From: Aggregatilineales bacterium
GTDB taxonomy: Bacteria; Chloroflexota; Anaerolineae; Aggregatilineales; Phototrophicaceae
NCBI GenBank assembly: GCA_040219275.1
Contig: JAVJSU010000038.1
Location: 167,962-231,961, forward strand
Direction: 5' to 3'
Length of the DNA: 64,000 nucleotides
Position 1 is the first letter of the stretch, and the number at the start of each line of letters is the position of its first letter. The notes beneath the pieces are model-generated. The model did no database searches. It worked only from the letters and a program-made list of their open reading frames with translations, and was not told where the DNA came from. The position numbers and the translations under genes are program-made. Below, piece by piece: positions 46,780-56,687 of this stretch.

Positions 46780-48291
46780 ATGTTCTCATCGCTTCGCACA
46801 CGATTATTAACCTCATATCTGCTCCTGCTAACGGTCACGCTGAGTGTCATGCTGGTGGCGCTATTCGTTGCGACGAGCGCCCAACCGTCGCCACCGCAAC
46901 CGACCTATCAACGCCTGGCGGCACTGGCACGGGGCATTAATCTGACTGACCTCATCATTGAATTTACGGGTCAACGTAGGGGATCGCCGGATTTAGACAA
47001 CTCCAATATCATGACGACCCTGCTAGATAATTTTGCTGATACCCGTAACGTGCGTGTCATGATTATCAATCTCAATCAGCAGGCGGTGCTTTATGATAGT
47101 GGTGGAAACTTCGCCCAACGCGACTATATTGATCTAAATTTCGATAGCTATCAGGCAGATCGTTATTCGGGTGCAAACGCGGTATTCGGTGGTTTTCGTG
47201 ATGCAGGTGGTGAATGGCTTTTCAGTGGCGTAACCAATCAGGCACCGATCTCCGCAGGACGCTTAAATAATTATCTAATCCTCGTCGCTGATCTGCGCCC
47301 GACGCAATCTCTGCAAAGTGTGCTTGGCGAATTCGATACATCGTTGGCAGTACCATTGTTGCAAGCGGGTGGTATTGGCTTATTTATCGCCATTTTCATG
47401 GCATACGCCATCAGTCGGACGATTGCCCGCCCCTTACAAGCGGCAAGTGAGGCGGCAACGGCGGTGGCTGAGGGCGACTTAAATCAGGGTGTCCCTGTCA
47501 GCGGACCGGCAGAGGTACGGGCAGTCGCGGAAGCATTTAACAGCATGAGCGCGGAAGTACGCGCCACACAGCAAGCTCAACGCGATTTTATGGCGAACGT
47601 CTCACACGATTTAAAGACCCCTTTAACGTCTATTCAGGGGTATTCACAGGCGATTATGGATGGCGCGGCGCGTGATCCGGTTAAGGCGGCGGCGATTATC
47701 CATGACGAAGCATCTCGCCTCACGCGCATGGTGATGCAGTTGACCGACCTCGCACGGATGGAAGCAGGTCAACTTTCGATGAATATGACCCCGTTAGATG
47801 CCGGTTCATTAGCCAAAAACGTGGCACAAAGTTTAACCGTAAATGCGGAGCAAAAAGGCGTGCGGTTAAAGGTCAACGCGCCACCGATGCCCGATATTGA
47901 CGGCGACGGGGATCGACTGGTGCAAGTATTGCAGAATTTGATCGGCAATGCGATTAAGTTCACACCCGCAGGTGGCACGGTGCGCGTGCTTGCGCGGGGT
48001 GTTCCCGGTGCGATTGAATTGATCGTCGCGGATAGTGGTGTGGGCATCCCAAGAGACGATTTACCGCGGGTATTTGAGCGTTTTTATCAGGTGGATAAAG
48101 CTCGCGGACCCCAGCGCGGTACGGGGCTTGGATTGGCGATTACACATGAGATCATCAACGCGCACGGCGGGCGCATCAGTGTGAGTAGCGAGTTGAACAA
48201 AGGCACGGTGTTTACGATCTGGCTCCCTGTGCGCGGAACCAAACACACCACGCAAATGTCGCGGCATCGCTTGCCCCTGAACGATAATTAA
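46780..48291 (+). CDS. Sensor histidine kinase (two TM helices, periplasmic domain, HAMP, HisKA, HATPase_c).
   Basis: H-box NVSHDLKTPLTSIQGY, N-box LIGNAIKFT, and G-boxes DSGVGI, GTGLGLAI. Confidence 0.9.
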   Translation: MFSSLRTRLLTSYLLLLTVTLSVMLVALFVATSAQPSPPQPTYQRLAALARGINLTDLIIEFTGQRRGSPDLDNSNIMTTLLDNFADTRNVRVMIINLNQQAVLYDSGGNFAQRDYIDLNFDSYQADRYSGANAVFGGFRDAGGEWLFSGVTNQAPISAGRLNNYLILVADLRPTQSLQSVLGEFDTSLAVPLLQAGGIGLFIAIFMAYAISRTIARPLQAASEAATAVAEGDLNQGVPVSGPAEVRAVAEAFNSMSAEVRATQQAQRDFMANVSHDLKTPLTSIQGYSQAIMDGAARDPVKAAAIIHDEASRLTRMVMQLTDLARMEAGQLSMNMTPLDAGSLAKNVAQSLTVNAEQKGVRLKVNAPPMPDIDGDGDRLVQVLQNLIGNAIKFTPAGGTVRVLARGVPGAIELIVADSGVGIPRDDLPRVFERFYQVDKARGPQRGTGLGLAITHEIINAHGGRISVSSELNKGTVFTIWLPVRGTKHTTQMSRHRLPLNDN

Positions 48292-48331
48292 CTGTGGCGT
48301 GGCAGACTTTAGATTGAAGAAAACAACCGCT

Positions 48332-49153
48332 TTACGCCTGTTTTCCCTCTAAAGCGGTGAGGGCATTATAGAGAATGTCCTCATCCAGCCCGAATTTATT
48401 ACCGACCTGCGTTGCGACGGATTTCAGGTCACCTTCAAGCAAATAATAGCTTTTCTCGCCATCCACGAATTTTTCCATCTGATAGGGGATGGTGTCGCTA
48501 CCAAAGCGCCATTGTACGCCGTCCACAATAAGGTGCATGACAATACGATCTAGAAACAAGCCTTCTTCGCCATAATCGTTGGTGGTGATAGCGCGATAAT
48601 CGATGTCATTAATTGGAATGTCAACTAGAGTGAAGCAATAGGCACGGAAATGATTATCACGGGAGATTTCATAACGATCATTGCCCTGGGGCGTAACGGT
48701 ATAGGTATGAAACCGGCTGGTTGTTTGCACGGGTTCATTTTCCGAGATCAAGAGCGGCGCATAAATGGGCAAGCCGACATCCACCAGATATTTTTGCCCA
48801 TCCAGAAAAATAACCCCGGCGGAATGACAGCCAATACTTTCGCTCATGTTATTGATCGTCAAATAGCCTTCAAAACCGAGTGATTTTAAGACCGTGAAAA
48901 AGGCGAGATTGCTTTCGTAACAGGTGCCACCTGTGCCATAGCGGAGGGCATCGCGCCAAAATTCTTGCGGGAGGCGCGGGCATTGTGCGGTCTGTGATAT
49001 GCTGGCGCGTTTGGCGATGCGGGAGGCACTTTCCCACGGCACGGTACGCGTATAGGCTTGTATGAGCTGTTGAAGATAGGTGAGAGAGGGCGATTGTGCC
49101 TCTACATCAAGATAAGCCAGCACATCCTGATAATTAAAGTTGCCCGCGCCCAT
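48332..49153 (-). CDS. Arylamine N-acetyltransferase (NAT) family protein. The start is chosen at MGAGNF.
   Basis: Catalytic Cys context GTGGTCYESN (matches G-G-x-C-[FY]-E-x-N of NATs) and about 270 aa. Confidence 0.65.
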   Translation of the reverse strand: MGAGNFNYQDVLAYLDVEAQSPSLTYLQQLIQAYTRTVPWESASRIAKRASISQTAQCPRLPQEFWRDALRYGTGGTCYESNLAFFTVLKSLGFEGYLTINNMSESIGCHSAGVIFLDGQKYLVDVGLPIYAPLLISENEPVQTTSRFHTYTVTPQGNDRYEISRDNHFRAYCFTLVDIPINDIDYRAITTNDYGEEGLFLDRIVMHLIVDGVQWRFGSDTIPYQMEKFVDGEKSYYLLEGDLKSVATQVGNKFGLDEDILYNALTALEGKQA

Positions 49154-49300
49154 ACTTCTGATCTCCTGAAGCTCAATATTGAATATCACTATCATACACC
49201 CACCCCCTTCTAATCGCGTAAGTTAAGACTCTCTATACACTCTATACGCATCATCGAGGGATTCGGTTTAAAATCTCGCAGAATTCGTCCTTGAGTCGTA

Positions 49301-50773
49301 TTAATCTCCAACGGGAGACACCCCTTCGAGTAGAATGTCATCATCGAAAATTTCGTCTATGGGAGTCACGGTCTCATCCGCGACTGCCTCATGATCGGGT
49401 ATCAAGTCTTCGACATTGCGGATCGCCGGAATCAAATAACCAATGACCGCACTCGCCATGCTCAATATGCCTGTGATGACAAAAATCAACGCCATGCCCG
49501 CCCCTGCACCTGTTCCCATCAACCCACCAAACGTACCTGCTAGCGCACCATCGGGCATCATGGCAGGTTCAAACACGCGGTCTGCTAAGGGTCCGGCGAT
49601 CAACATGGCGAGTGGAATCGTGATCTGGGCAATCCACATCCGCACGGCGAAGACCCGCCCCTGTACATTGGGATCAACTTTGCTCTGCCACAACGCCTGA
49701 TTCGACGCGTTCAATAAGGCGATAAATAGACTACCCACCAAGCCCGTGATGATCCAGACCAGCGGGGTACGCGCCAATCCGAATAGCACTGTGCCAATAA
49801 GACTTGAAGCCATCATCCCAAACAATACCCCGTGAATTCGGCGTTTAGGTCCGCCCCAGATGCTTAACGCGATACCACCCAATAAGCCCCCTATCGCCAT
49901 TGCGGATTGCACCACACCGAGCGCAATTTCGCCGATATTTTCCCCGTCGCGGGGCGTGGGCAGAAACGCCGTCGATACACCGCCAGATTCCATACGCGCT
50001 AGAATCATGGGTGCGAGCAAGGTAAAGCCCATCGTGCTGAACAGATTCAGTAGGAAGAAAATCATCTGCACGCCGAGCAATCCACGCCGTGCAATGATGT
50101 ATTTGAAGCCGAAAAGTGTTTCCTGCAACAGGTTTCCTTCGGCTTTGTTGACTTCCTCATCAGCGGATTTTTTCGGTTGCGGGATGTACGCCCATGCTAG
50201 CGTGCCGAGCGCAAAAAGAAAGGTCACGATGTCGATAAATAGGATGCCACCGATGCCAATGAATACCAGTAACGTCGCCGCGATAGCCGGTGCGAAGATG
50301 CGGGCGGCGGAATCTGCCATTGCCAGCATCGCACTCGCACGGGCGTATTGTTCTTTAGGGAGCATCATGGTGACGGCGGCGGAATAGGCGGGAAATTGGA
50401 AAGATTGGAACGCACCTGTGAAGAATCCGGCGACATACAAATGCCAGATTTCAAGATTGCCGGAGACATACAAAATGGCGACGGCGATGGTGGACATGCC
50501 CGCCGCCAGATCGCTGAGCATCATGACCAGCTTACGATTCCAGCGATCTACTAATGCGCCGGCAATCGGACTCAGTATGACCGTCGGACCGTAAGAGAAT
50601 AAGCCCACGAGTGCGAGAGCAGTCGCTTCTCCGGTCAGTTGCCATGCCCAGATGGTGAGGGCGAACTGAGTCAGCGATGTGCCGAAAAGCGACACTACCT
50701 GACCAATCCAGACGACGAGAAAGGTTCGCATCCCGCCAGATTGGGTATCTTTGGCTTTTAATACACGCATCAT
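49301..50773 (-). CDS. MFS transporter (EntS/macrolide-efflux-like MFS_3 subgroup).
   Basis: 12 TM helices and the motif GALVDRWNRK after TM2. Confidence 0.8.
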   Translation of the reverse strand: MMRVLKAKDTQSGGMRTFLVVWIGQVVSLFGTSLTQFALTIWAWQLTGEATALALVGLFSYGPTVILSPIAGALVDRWNRKLVMMLSDLAAGMSTIAVAILYVSGNLEIWHLYVAGFFTGAFQSFQFPAYSAAVTMMLPKEQYARASAMLAMADSAARIFAPAIAATLLVFIGIGGILFIDIVTFLFALGTLAWAYIPQPKKSADEEVNKAEGNLLQETLFGFKYIIARRGLLGVQMIFFLLNLFSTMGFTLLAPMILARMESGGVSTAFLPTPRDGENIGEIALGVVQSAMAIGGLLGGIALSIWGGPKRRIHGVLFGMMASSLIGTVLFGLARTPLVWIITGLVGSLFIALLNASNQALWQSKVDPNVQGRVFAVRMWIAQITIPLAMLIAGPLADRVFEPAMMPDGALAGTFGGLMGTGAGAGMALIFVITGILSMASAVIGYLIPAIRNVEDLIPDHEAVADETVTPIDEIFDDDILLEGVSPVGD

Positions 50774-51021
50774 TCCCCCTTAAGCGTGTTAGATGATTTT
50801 GATACGGGTGAATCTTTACAGAGATGCACACCTAACTCGATTACGGCTGTGTACAAGATGAGGTTCAAAATTTATATTACCCTATTTAGTGGGTAATTTG
50901 CATAGTTTATATCATTACATGAAAAATGACAACAATTAATCGAGACACAAAACGGGCGCAACCTTTGCAAAAAGAGGTTACGCCCGCGATAAAACGTTGC
51001 GATTTTGGTCAAGCAATCAAA

Positions 51022-52092
51022 TTACGGAAATTGTGGAATCCCGTAGGGACTACCGACATAATCAGGATCAATCCAATAGTTGGGTCTTGGTCCCTGTGCG
51101 ACCCAGCCTGAAGCCACCACATTGGAACGAATGCGGACTTGCCACCAGACTTGATTGTCCACGCAGACCGGTCCGCCAAGGACTTCAATCGGCACACCAT
51201 CGACCAACGAATAGAGGATTGCGCCACTCAACGACGGGATAGCGCGCAGATTTTTGGCGATATTATCAACGGCACGGATGCGGGCGGTTTCGCCGATACT
51301 CAAATTCATCGGCGGGCTACAGATCGACGTTGGTACATCCTGCGCGATGAAGTATTCGTCAAGCGAGTTACTGCCTTCCGCCATATAGCCCCGATAGAGC
51401 ACGTTAACGACAACAACTTCTATCAAGCGCCAATTATAGCCGTCCACGCACTCAGCCGTATCGCTCAACACGGTGACGGTTGCCCCGAATGGAGCGACGG
51501 TCACTGTTAAGCCCTGCAAGCTGGCTTGTTGACGGATACGCACACCGGTAATCAGTTCAACTTCATCGCCTGCTCGCAAATCAAGCGCGACGTTGCAATC
51601 TGCGCCGGGTACGGTGGTTGAGTCGATATAACTGATGAAATTCAACGTGGTAGACCGCTCCGCTACCCAGCCGATAATGCCCTGTCCTCTGATTTGCCAC
51701 CAGATGAAGTCACTATCACACAGCGGACCATCTATCACAAGGAAATCCCGCGGTTCTGGAAAATTCGCCAGCCACGCCGAGGATGGCGACGGACCGTAAC
51801 GGATGTTCACACCGGGGCGAACGGTCACGGTTGCGCCAATGGTAATGGGTAAGGTCGTCGAACAACCGGGTGCGCTGGAAGTTGGCAAGGGTGTGAGCGG
51901 TGGAGTCGGCGTAAGTGTAATCGTCGGCGTGACATCAAACGGCAGTGGTGTCGCAGTCGCGGTGATGCCGGGTGGAAATTGTGCTAGCGATGGGGGCACA
52001 TCCTGCATCAGGCTGAACCCAACCGCTAGCATCGTGATTAGAAAACAGGCAAGAGCTACTCGTTTAACCATTGGCAGGCGAGTCCTTTTCAC
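51022..52092 (-). CDS. Secreted protein with a Pro/Thr-rich linker and three bacterial SH3-like repeats.
   Basis: Signal peptide, PT-rich linker (TPLPFDVTPTITLTPTPPLTPLPT), then three repeats ending in W..GWVAE / GYMAEG / GWVAQG. Confidence 0.6.
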   Translation of the reverse strand: MKRTRLPMVKRVALACFLITMLAVGFSLMQDVPPSLAQFPPGITATATPLPFDVTPTITLTPTPPLTPLPTSSAPGCSTTLPITIGATVTVRPGVNIRYGPSPSSAWLANFPEPRDFLVIDGPLCDSDFIWWQIRGQGIIGWVAERSTTLNFISYIDSTTVPGADCNVALDLRAGDEVELITGVRIRQQASLQGLTVTVAPFGATVTVLSDTAECVDGYNWRLIEVVVVNVLYRGYMAEGSNSLDEYFIAQDVPTSICSPPMNLSIGETARIRAVDNIAKNLRAIPSLSGAILYSLVDGVPIEVLGGPVCVDNQVWWQVRIRSNVVASGWVAQGPRPNYWIDPDYVGSPYGIPQFP

Positions 52093-52180
52093 ATGGCACT
52101 TAGTCTCATATCATAAGGATAACACAGCCTGCCAAAGTCGGCATGGTGACCTTAGGGTGAGAGACAATTGGCTGTTCAGA

Positions 52181-52738
52181 TTAGTCAAGTCCTGTCCACT
52201 CATGATCGAGGATGCTCATGCTGATACTGTCAACATATTCACCGTCCCACAAAAGAGCATCACGCATTACACCTTCACGCTTAAAGCCAACTTTTTCATA
52301 AGCACGAATCGCCCGCGGATTAAACGCATATACAGATAGCTCAATGCGATGCAAACCAAGTTGATTAAAGCCATAATTGACCATCAGACGCATGGCTTCT
52401 GTTCCGTAGCCTTTGCCCACACCTTCATCAGTAAACATGCCGATACGAATACTAGCGCTGTTGTTGTCGCTATCAATTTCATTAATGATCACTTCGTCTA
52501 AAGCCTTCGAGTCATCCGGCAGAGCGATAATAAACGGTGCACGGGAGTCATCATCATTTGCGACTTGCCGTGCAATATATTTGTCAATCATCTCTCGCGT
52601 AAATGTACCCTGTGTTCCGGTGAGTTTATTAAATTCTGCGTGATCCATGCTTTCCCATAACGGTTCAGCATCCTCCGTACGAAACGGACGCAGAATAATT
52701 TTCTCTCCCTGCATCGGTATTTGAATTGTCTTTTGCAT
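52181..52738 (-). CDS. GNAT-family N-acetyltransferase (RimL-like).
   Basis: GNAT motif A (GKGYGTEAMRLMVNYGF). Confidence 0.75.
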   Translation of the reverse strand: MQKTIQIPMQGEKIILRPFRTEDAEPLWESMDHAEFNKLTGTQGTFTREMIDKYIARQVANDDDSRAPFIIALPDDSKALDEVIINEIDSDNNSASIRIGMFTDEGVGKGYGTEAMRLMVNYGFNQLGLHRIELSVYAFNPRAIRAYEKVGFKREGVMRDALLWDGEYVDSISMSILDHEWTGLD

Positions 52739-52772
52739 TTTATTTCCTTTTGTTTAGATTGCTATCGTGTAC

Positions 52773-53696
52773 TTAATCAAAATAACCCGACTCCGCGCAG
52801 ATGTCTTCCCCGGAGCCAAAGGTCGTTTCCTCGATACTTCTGCCCGTACGCTTCATATAGGCTTGCACCACATGATAGCCGACGGCATAGCCACCAAAGG
52901 CGGGCATCCCGATTTTCTCCCAGCCCCATTGCTCCGCGTTATGATCGCCAAAGATATAGGCTCGGATTTTATCAAAGCCGGTAACGGTCAGGTTTTCGCC
53001 GATGAGCGCCTGCGCAGTTTTCAGATCATCGGCGCTGATATCCGTGACATAGTAACCGACAATCTGCTCACCGAAAAGCGCCGCCGCGAAGGATTCAGCT
53101 AACCCTTCCGCCACGATGTAATCGGCGACACTCGTTTGCATCCCGAACGGAAACACATTAAAGCGAATCAGGTGGTGCATTTCATGGACGATCAAGCCCG
53201 GTAAACGCGACAAATTATAGTCATTTGGCGTATCGAATTGCGCGACAAAACGCGGTGCTGCCCAGTCGGTTGCGCCTGTATAGCCACGCCCGATTGGGTC
53301 AGCGGAGTCGGCATCCGCCAGCATGAGCCAGCCTTCCACCTCGTCAAAAGAGATGCGATCCGCGTAAGGATTGAAACGGGAAACCCCTGTTTGCAATGCT
53401 TTTTCCGCTATGACCCATGCGTTCGCAGTTTCGAGCTTTGTCAAAACGTCCGGCACCGTGGCTAATTGCTCCGGTTGAAGCCAGAGCCATGTTTTTGTGC
53501 CAGCGAGAAGCCGTTCGGTTTCGTCCTGTGGTGCGTCTGTGCCAAATCGCCCCGCCATCATGCCGAGCATCTGTCCCCACGGACGCGCAAATTTATCTAC
53601 GAAGAGCGCTTTTCGAGTGGCATCATCCGGTGCGTTGATGATTTCGTGATAGATGGCGTTGGTGTTGATGAACTTTGCGTGTATAGATGTCGTCAT
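52773..53696 (-). CDS. DUF2268-family predicted zinc-dependent protease.
   Basis: Metal-binding HEMHH motif within the conserved DUF2268 context (GLIVHEMHHLIRF). Confidence 0.6.
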   Translation of the reverse strand: MTTSIHAKFINTNAIYHEIINAPDDATRKALFVDKFARPWGQMLGMMAGRFGTDAPQDETERLLAGTKTWLWLQPEQLATVPDVLTKLETANAWVIAEKALQTGVSRFNPYADRISFDEVEGWLMLADADSADPIGRGYTGATDWAAPRFVAQFDTPNDYNLSRLPGLIVHEMHHLIRFNVFPFGMQTSVADYIVAEGLAESFAAALFGEQIVGYYVTDISADDLKTAQALIGENLTVTGFDKIRAYIFGDHNAEQWGWEKIGMPAFGGYAVGYHVVQAYMKRTGRSIEETTFGSGEDICAESGYFD

Positions 53697-53706
53697 TGTT
53701 GTTCAC

Positions 53707-54621
53707 CTATGATTCCGCGCTCAAGAATACGCGGATGGCATCTATGAACGGATCAAGCTGTTCAAAGTGGATGAAATGCCCCGCGCCTTCGAAGTGAATA
53801 TGCTGACCATCTTGCCATGATGCGGTGATCGCCTTTACACCTTCCGGCAAGGCACTACCGCCCCGTTCAGAATCAGCGGTGAGCAACAGAATGGGCGCGC
53901 TGAGTTTGCCGATGAGTTCCGGCGAGGCGGCACGATAATCCATATCCTCGCTGTGGTCGAGCACATCAAGGTTAAACAAGGCAGTCGCTTCGATTTGCGT
54001 CACATAATCTGTTTCCTGTGGCAAAGTCGTACCGGGTGGCAAAAATGCCCGCCCATTGGTCATACGTTCCTCATGCGGTTGCGTTTTTAAGGCTTGCATC
54101 TGTGCAATCCAATCCTTGTACCAGTCTGTTTGCCGGAACATGCCGGCGTTAAAACTCCGCATGGGTGGGTCTTCTAAGATGATGGCACGTGGCACATCGG
54201 GATAGGTCGCGCCAAAACGCACCGCAATCTCCGCGCCCAGTGAGTGACCGAGAACAATCGGCTTGTCTAATTCCAGCGCATCAACGACATCGGCGAGGTC
54301 TTGAGTCAGAATGTCCAGCGAAAAGCCATTTTCCACGCCATCGCTATAACCATGCCCGCGCATATCCGGTAACACAAGATAAAATTCAGCTTCTAACGCC
54401 ATCGCTACGCGCATCCACTGAAACCCTGCGGACATGAATCCATGCAACAAAATGACGGCTGGTTCTTGTGAGTCTCCAGCGAGATAAGCGTGCAAGCGTG
54501 TGCTGTCGCGCATCTCGACATAAGTGGACTCCCAATGGGCAGGTAACAGGTCGTCTATACGGCGATAAGTCTCCGGTGTATCAGATGTGGTCATGAGGTT
54601 AAGCTCCATGTGCATTAGCAA
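53707..54621 (-). CDS. Alpha/beta-hydrolase fold protein.
   Basis: HG oxyanion motif (LLHGF), the nucleophile elbow GHSLG, and a catalytic His near the C terminus. Confidence 0.8.
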   Translation of the reverse strand: MLMHMELNLMTTSDTPETYRRIDDLLPAHWESTYVEMRDSTRLHAYLAGDSQEPAVILLHGFMSAGFQWMRVAMALEAEFYLVLPDMRGHGYSDGVENGFSLDILTQDLADVVDALELDKPIVLGHSLGAEIAVRFGATYPDVPRAIILEDPPMRSFNAGMFRQTDWYKDWIAQMQALKTQPHEERMTNGRAFLPPGTTLPQETDYVTQIEATALFNLDVLDHSEDMDYRAASPELIGKLSAPILLLTADSERGGSALPEGVKAITASWQDGQHIHFEGAGHFIHFEQLDPFIDAIRVFLSAES

Positions 54622-54813
54622 AACGAACCCGTCCCATTAGGGCAGACACAGTTGTATCATTGTTGATAACAATGTGTCAAGTGAGTTCACAAAAGATCAT
54701 AAAGTATAACGTGGCGTGAGAGTCAAGCAGGGATTTACATTTTTGAGGCTTCGAGTGCGCGAGCGAGCGATGTCAAAATCGTCACGCTCGCACATAATCC
54801 ATAGTTGACGCGA

Positions 54814-55755
54814 TTAAAAGTTGGTATCGTGATTGGTTTCACTATTGCCGTTGCCCGTCCCGAATAGCCGGAATTGATCGAGGTTTATCGTTGGGAGGGC
54901 GCGTTTGAAGCCCGATCCATAAGCGGTGTGTCCCTGCCCGACCACGATAAACGCGAGTGGATCAACCTGCGAGACGAGTGCCCGCAATTGGTTGACCTCC
55001 GCCCGGGAAATCGTAATCATCAGCATGGTGCGCTCGGTTTCGGTATACATCCCTTTGGCATCAATCGCCGTCACCCCGCGATCCAGATCATGCAAAATAA
55101 CCTGAGACACCTCTACCGGCTTTTGTGTAATGATGAACACAATGCGGATGATGCTCGGTCCTTCCAGCACATAATCTGTCGCAACACCACTGATGAACAG
55201 CGTTACCGTCGCATATAAAGCGGATTCCCAGCCAAAGACGAAACCCGCCACCGCGATCACTGCCATATCGGTATACAAGTAGGTTGTGCTCAACGGGATG
55301 CCCGTGCGCTGTTGAATGATGATCGCCAGCGTACTTGTCCCGCCATAAGTCCCGCCCGCACGGATAATAAAGGCTGTACTAATCCCGCCTGTGATGCCAC
55401 CGAAGAGCGCGTTCAGCAACACATTATCGCTGAGACCTTCAGCCGGTAAATACGGTCCGATGGTATCTAGCGCGATAGCATAGCCGACGACGGCAATCAG
55501 CGTGATAATGACCATGCGGATGCCGTTTAGATAACGATACCCCAGAAACAGGATCGGGATATTGAGGATGAGCACCATTAAGCCGACAGGCGTGCCGAAA
55601 AGTTCGTTGAGGATGACGGATGTGCCAGTCACACCGGTTGGAGCGATATTAAAAGGGGTTAGGAACAGTTGAACCGATACTGCACCGATAAAAATCGCCA
55701 GTACCACATAGATGATGGTCGGGAGTAAGCGTATAGCACGGCGTAACATTGCCAT
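54814..55755 (-). CDS. YitT-family membrane protein (DUF161 + DUF2179).
   Basis: Five N-terminal TM helices with the YitT signature (FNIAPTGVTG) and a C-terminal DUF2179-like soluble domain. Confidence 0.7.
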   Translation of the reverse strand: MAMLRRAIRLLPTIIYVVLAIFIGAVSVQLFLTPFNIAPTGVTGTSVILNELFGTPVGLMVLILNIPILFLGYRYLNGIRMVIITLIAVVGYAIALDTIGPYLPAEGLSDNVLLNALFGGITGGISTAFIIRAGGTYGGTSTLAIIIQQRTGIPLSTTYLYTDMAVIAVAGFVFGWESALYATVTLFISGVATDYVLEGPSIIRIVFIITQKPVEVSQVILHDLDRGVTAIDAKGMYTETERTMLMITISRAEVNQLRALVSQVDPLAFIVVGQGHTAYGSGFKRALPTINLDQFRLFGTGNGNSETNHDTNF

Positions 55756-56073
55756 GAGTAAGTCACCTTAGCATAACTGTGCAGAGTAAACCCGCGTATT
55801 ATAGACGCAATGTGTTATGAATTCGCGTGGAGATTCTGGCAATCTTTTCCTTGACTTTCCCTCTACGGCATGGTGTTTAATTGAAGTTTACACTAAACGT
55901 CTAAGCAAGCGATTTTGTAACGGAGCGACAATTCCACGAGGGGGCGACGTTAACAGCAAGTTTTTCGTTCAGTGCCATTTCAAACGACATTATCACAATG
56001 CACCATACGCGAAAAAAATAGCCTGTCATCACAAGCTATTTCTTAGTTTCCGTAATAAGAGTTATAATTCCGG

Positions 56074-56436
56074 CTAGTTCAAGAATGCTTCAACCGTTTT
56101 AATGAGTTCTGCACGGCTTACAGGTTTCGGCAAGTAGCCATCACATCCGGCGGCGAGGGCTTTTTCCCGGTCACCAACCATCGCGTTTGCAGTCAGTGCA
56201 ATAATGGGAATAACGCTGGTTACGGGCATTCCACGCAGGCGGGCAGTGGCTTCCAATCCATCAATATCTGGCAAGTTGACATCCATTAAAATGAGGTCAG
56301 GGCATTCATTCGTCGCCATATCTACGCCCGACAGACCATTTTCAGCTTCAATGACATCGTGACCAGCATGTTTCAAAATCTTGCGGACCAGACGCATATT
56401 TTGAACATTATCTTCAATATATAGAATTTTTCCCAT
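56074..56436 (-). CDS. Stand-alone CheY-like response-regulator receiver domain.
   Basis: ILYIEDN, LILMDVNLPDIDG, ALTAN, KP. Confidence 0.85.
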   Translation of the reverse strand: MGKILYIEDNVQNMRLVRKILKHAGHDVIEAENGLSGVDMATNECPDLILMDVNLPDIDGLEATARLRGMPVTSVIPIIALTANAMVGDREKALAAGCDGYLPKPVSRAELIKTVEAFLN

Positions 56437-56687
56437 TTTTTCTAATCCCCTAATGCACTTTGACAGATTGACCTAAATAAATTATAGCTTAAGGAAGTCA
56501 TTGAAAAGCGTTAAGGATTTTCAAAAAATTAATGAATGACTGGCTTGACTGGTTTGAGTTTATTTAAGAACTTGCTCACTTCACAGCTGTAATGGACAAT
56601 GACAGAGACAACTGTATACGGAAGTCGGATCGCCTGTGCTACAATTTGGATTAAGCGAAACCGACAATTTAATGGAATTCTGCTTGT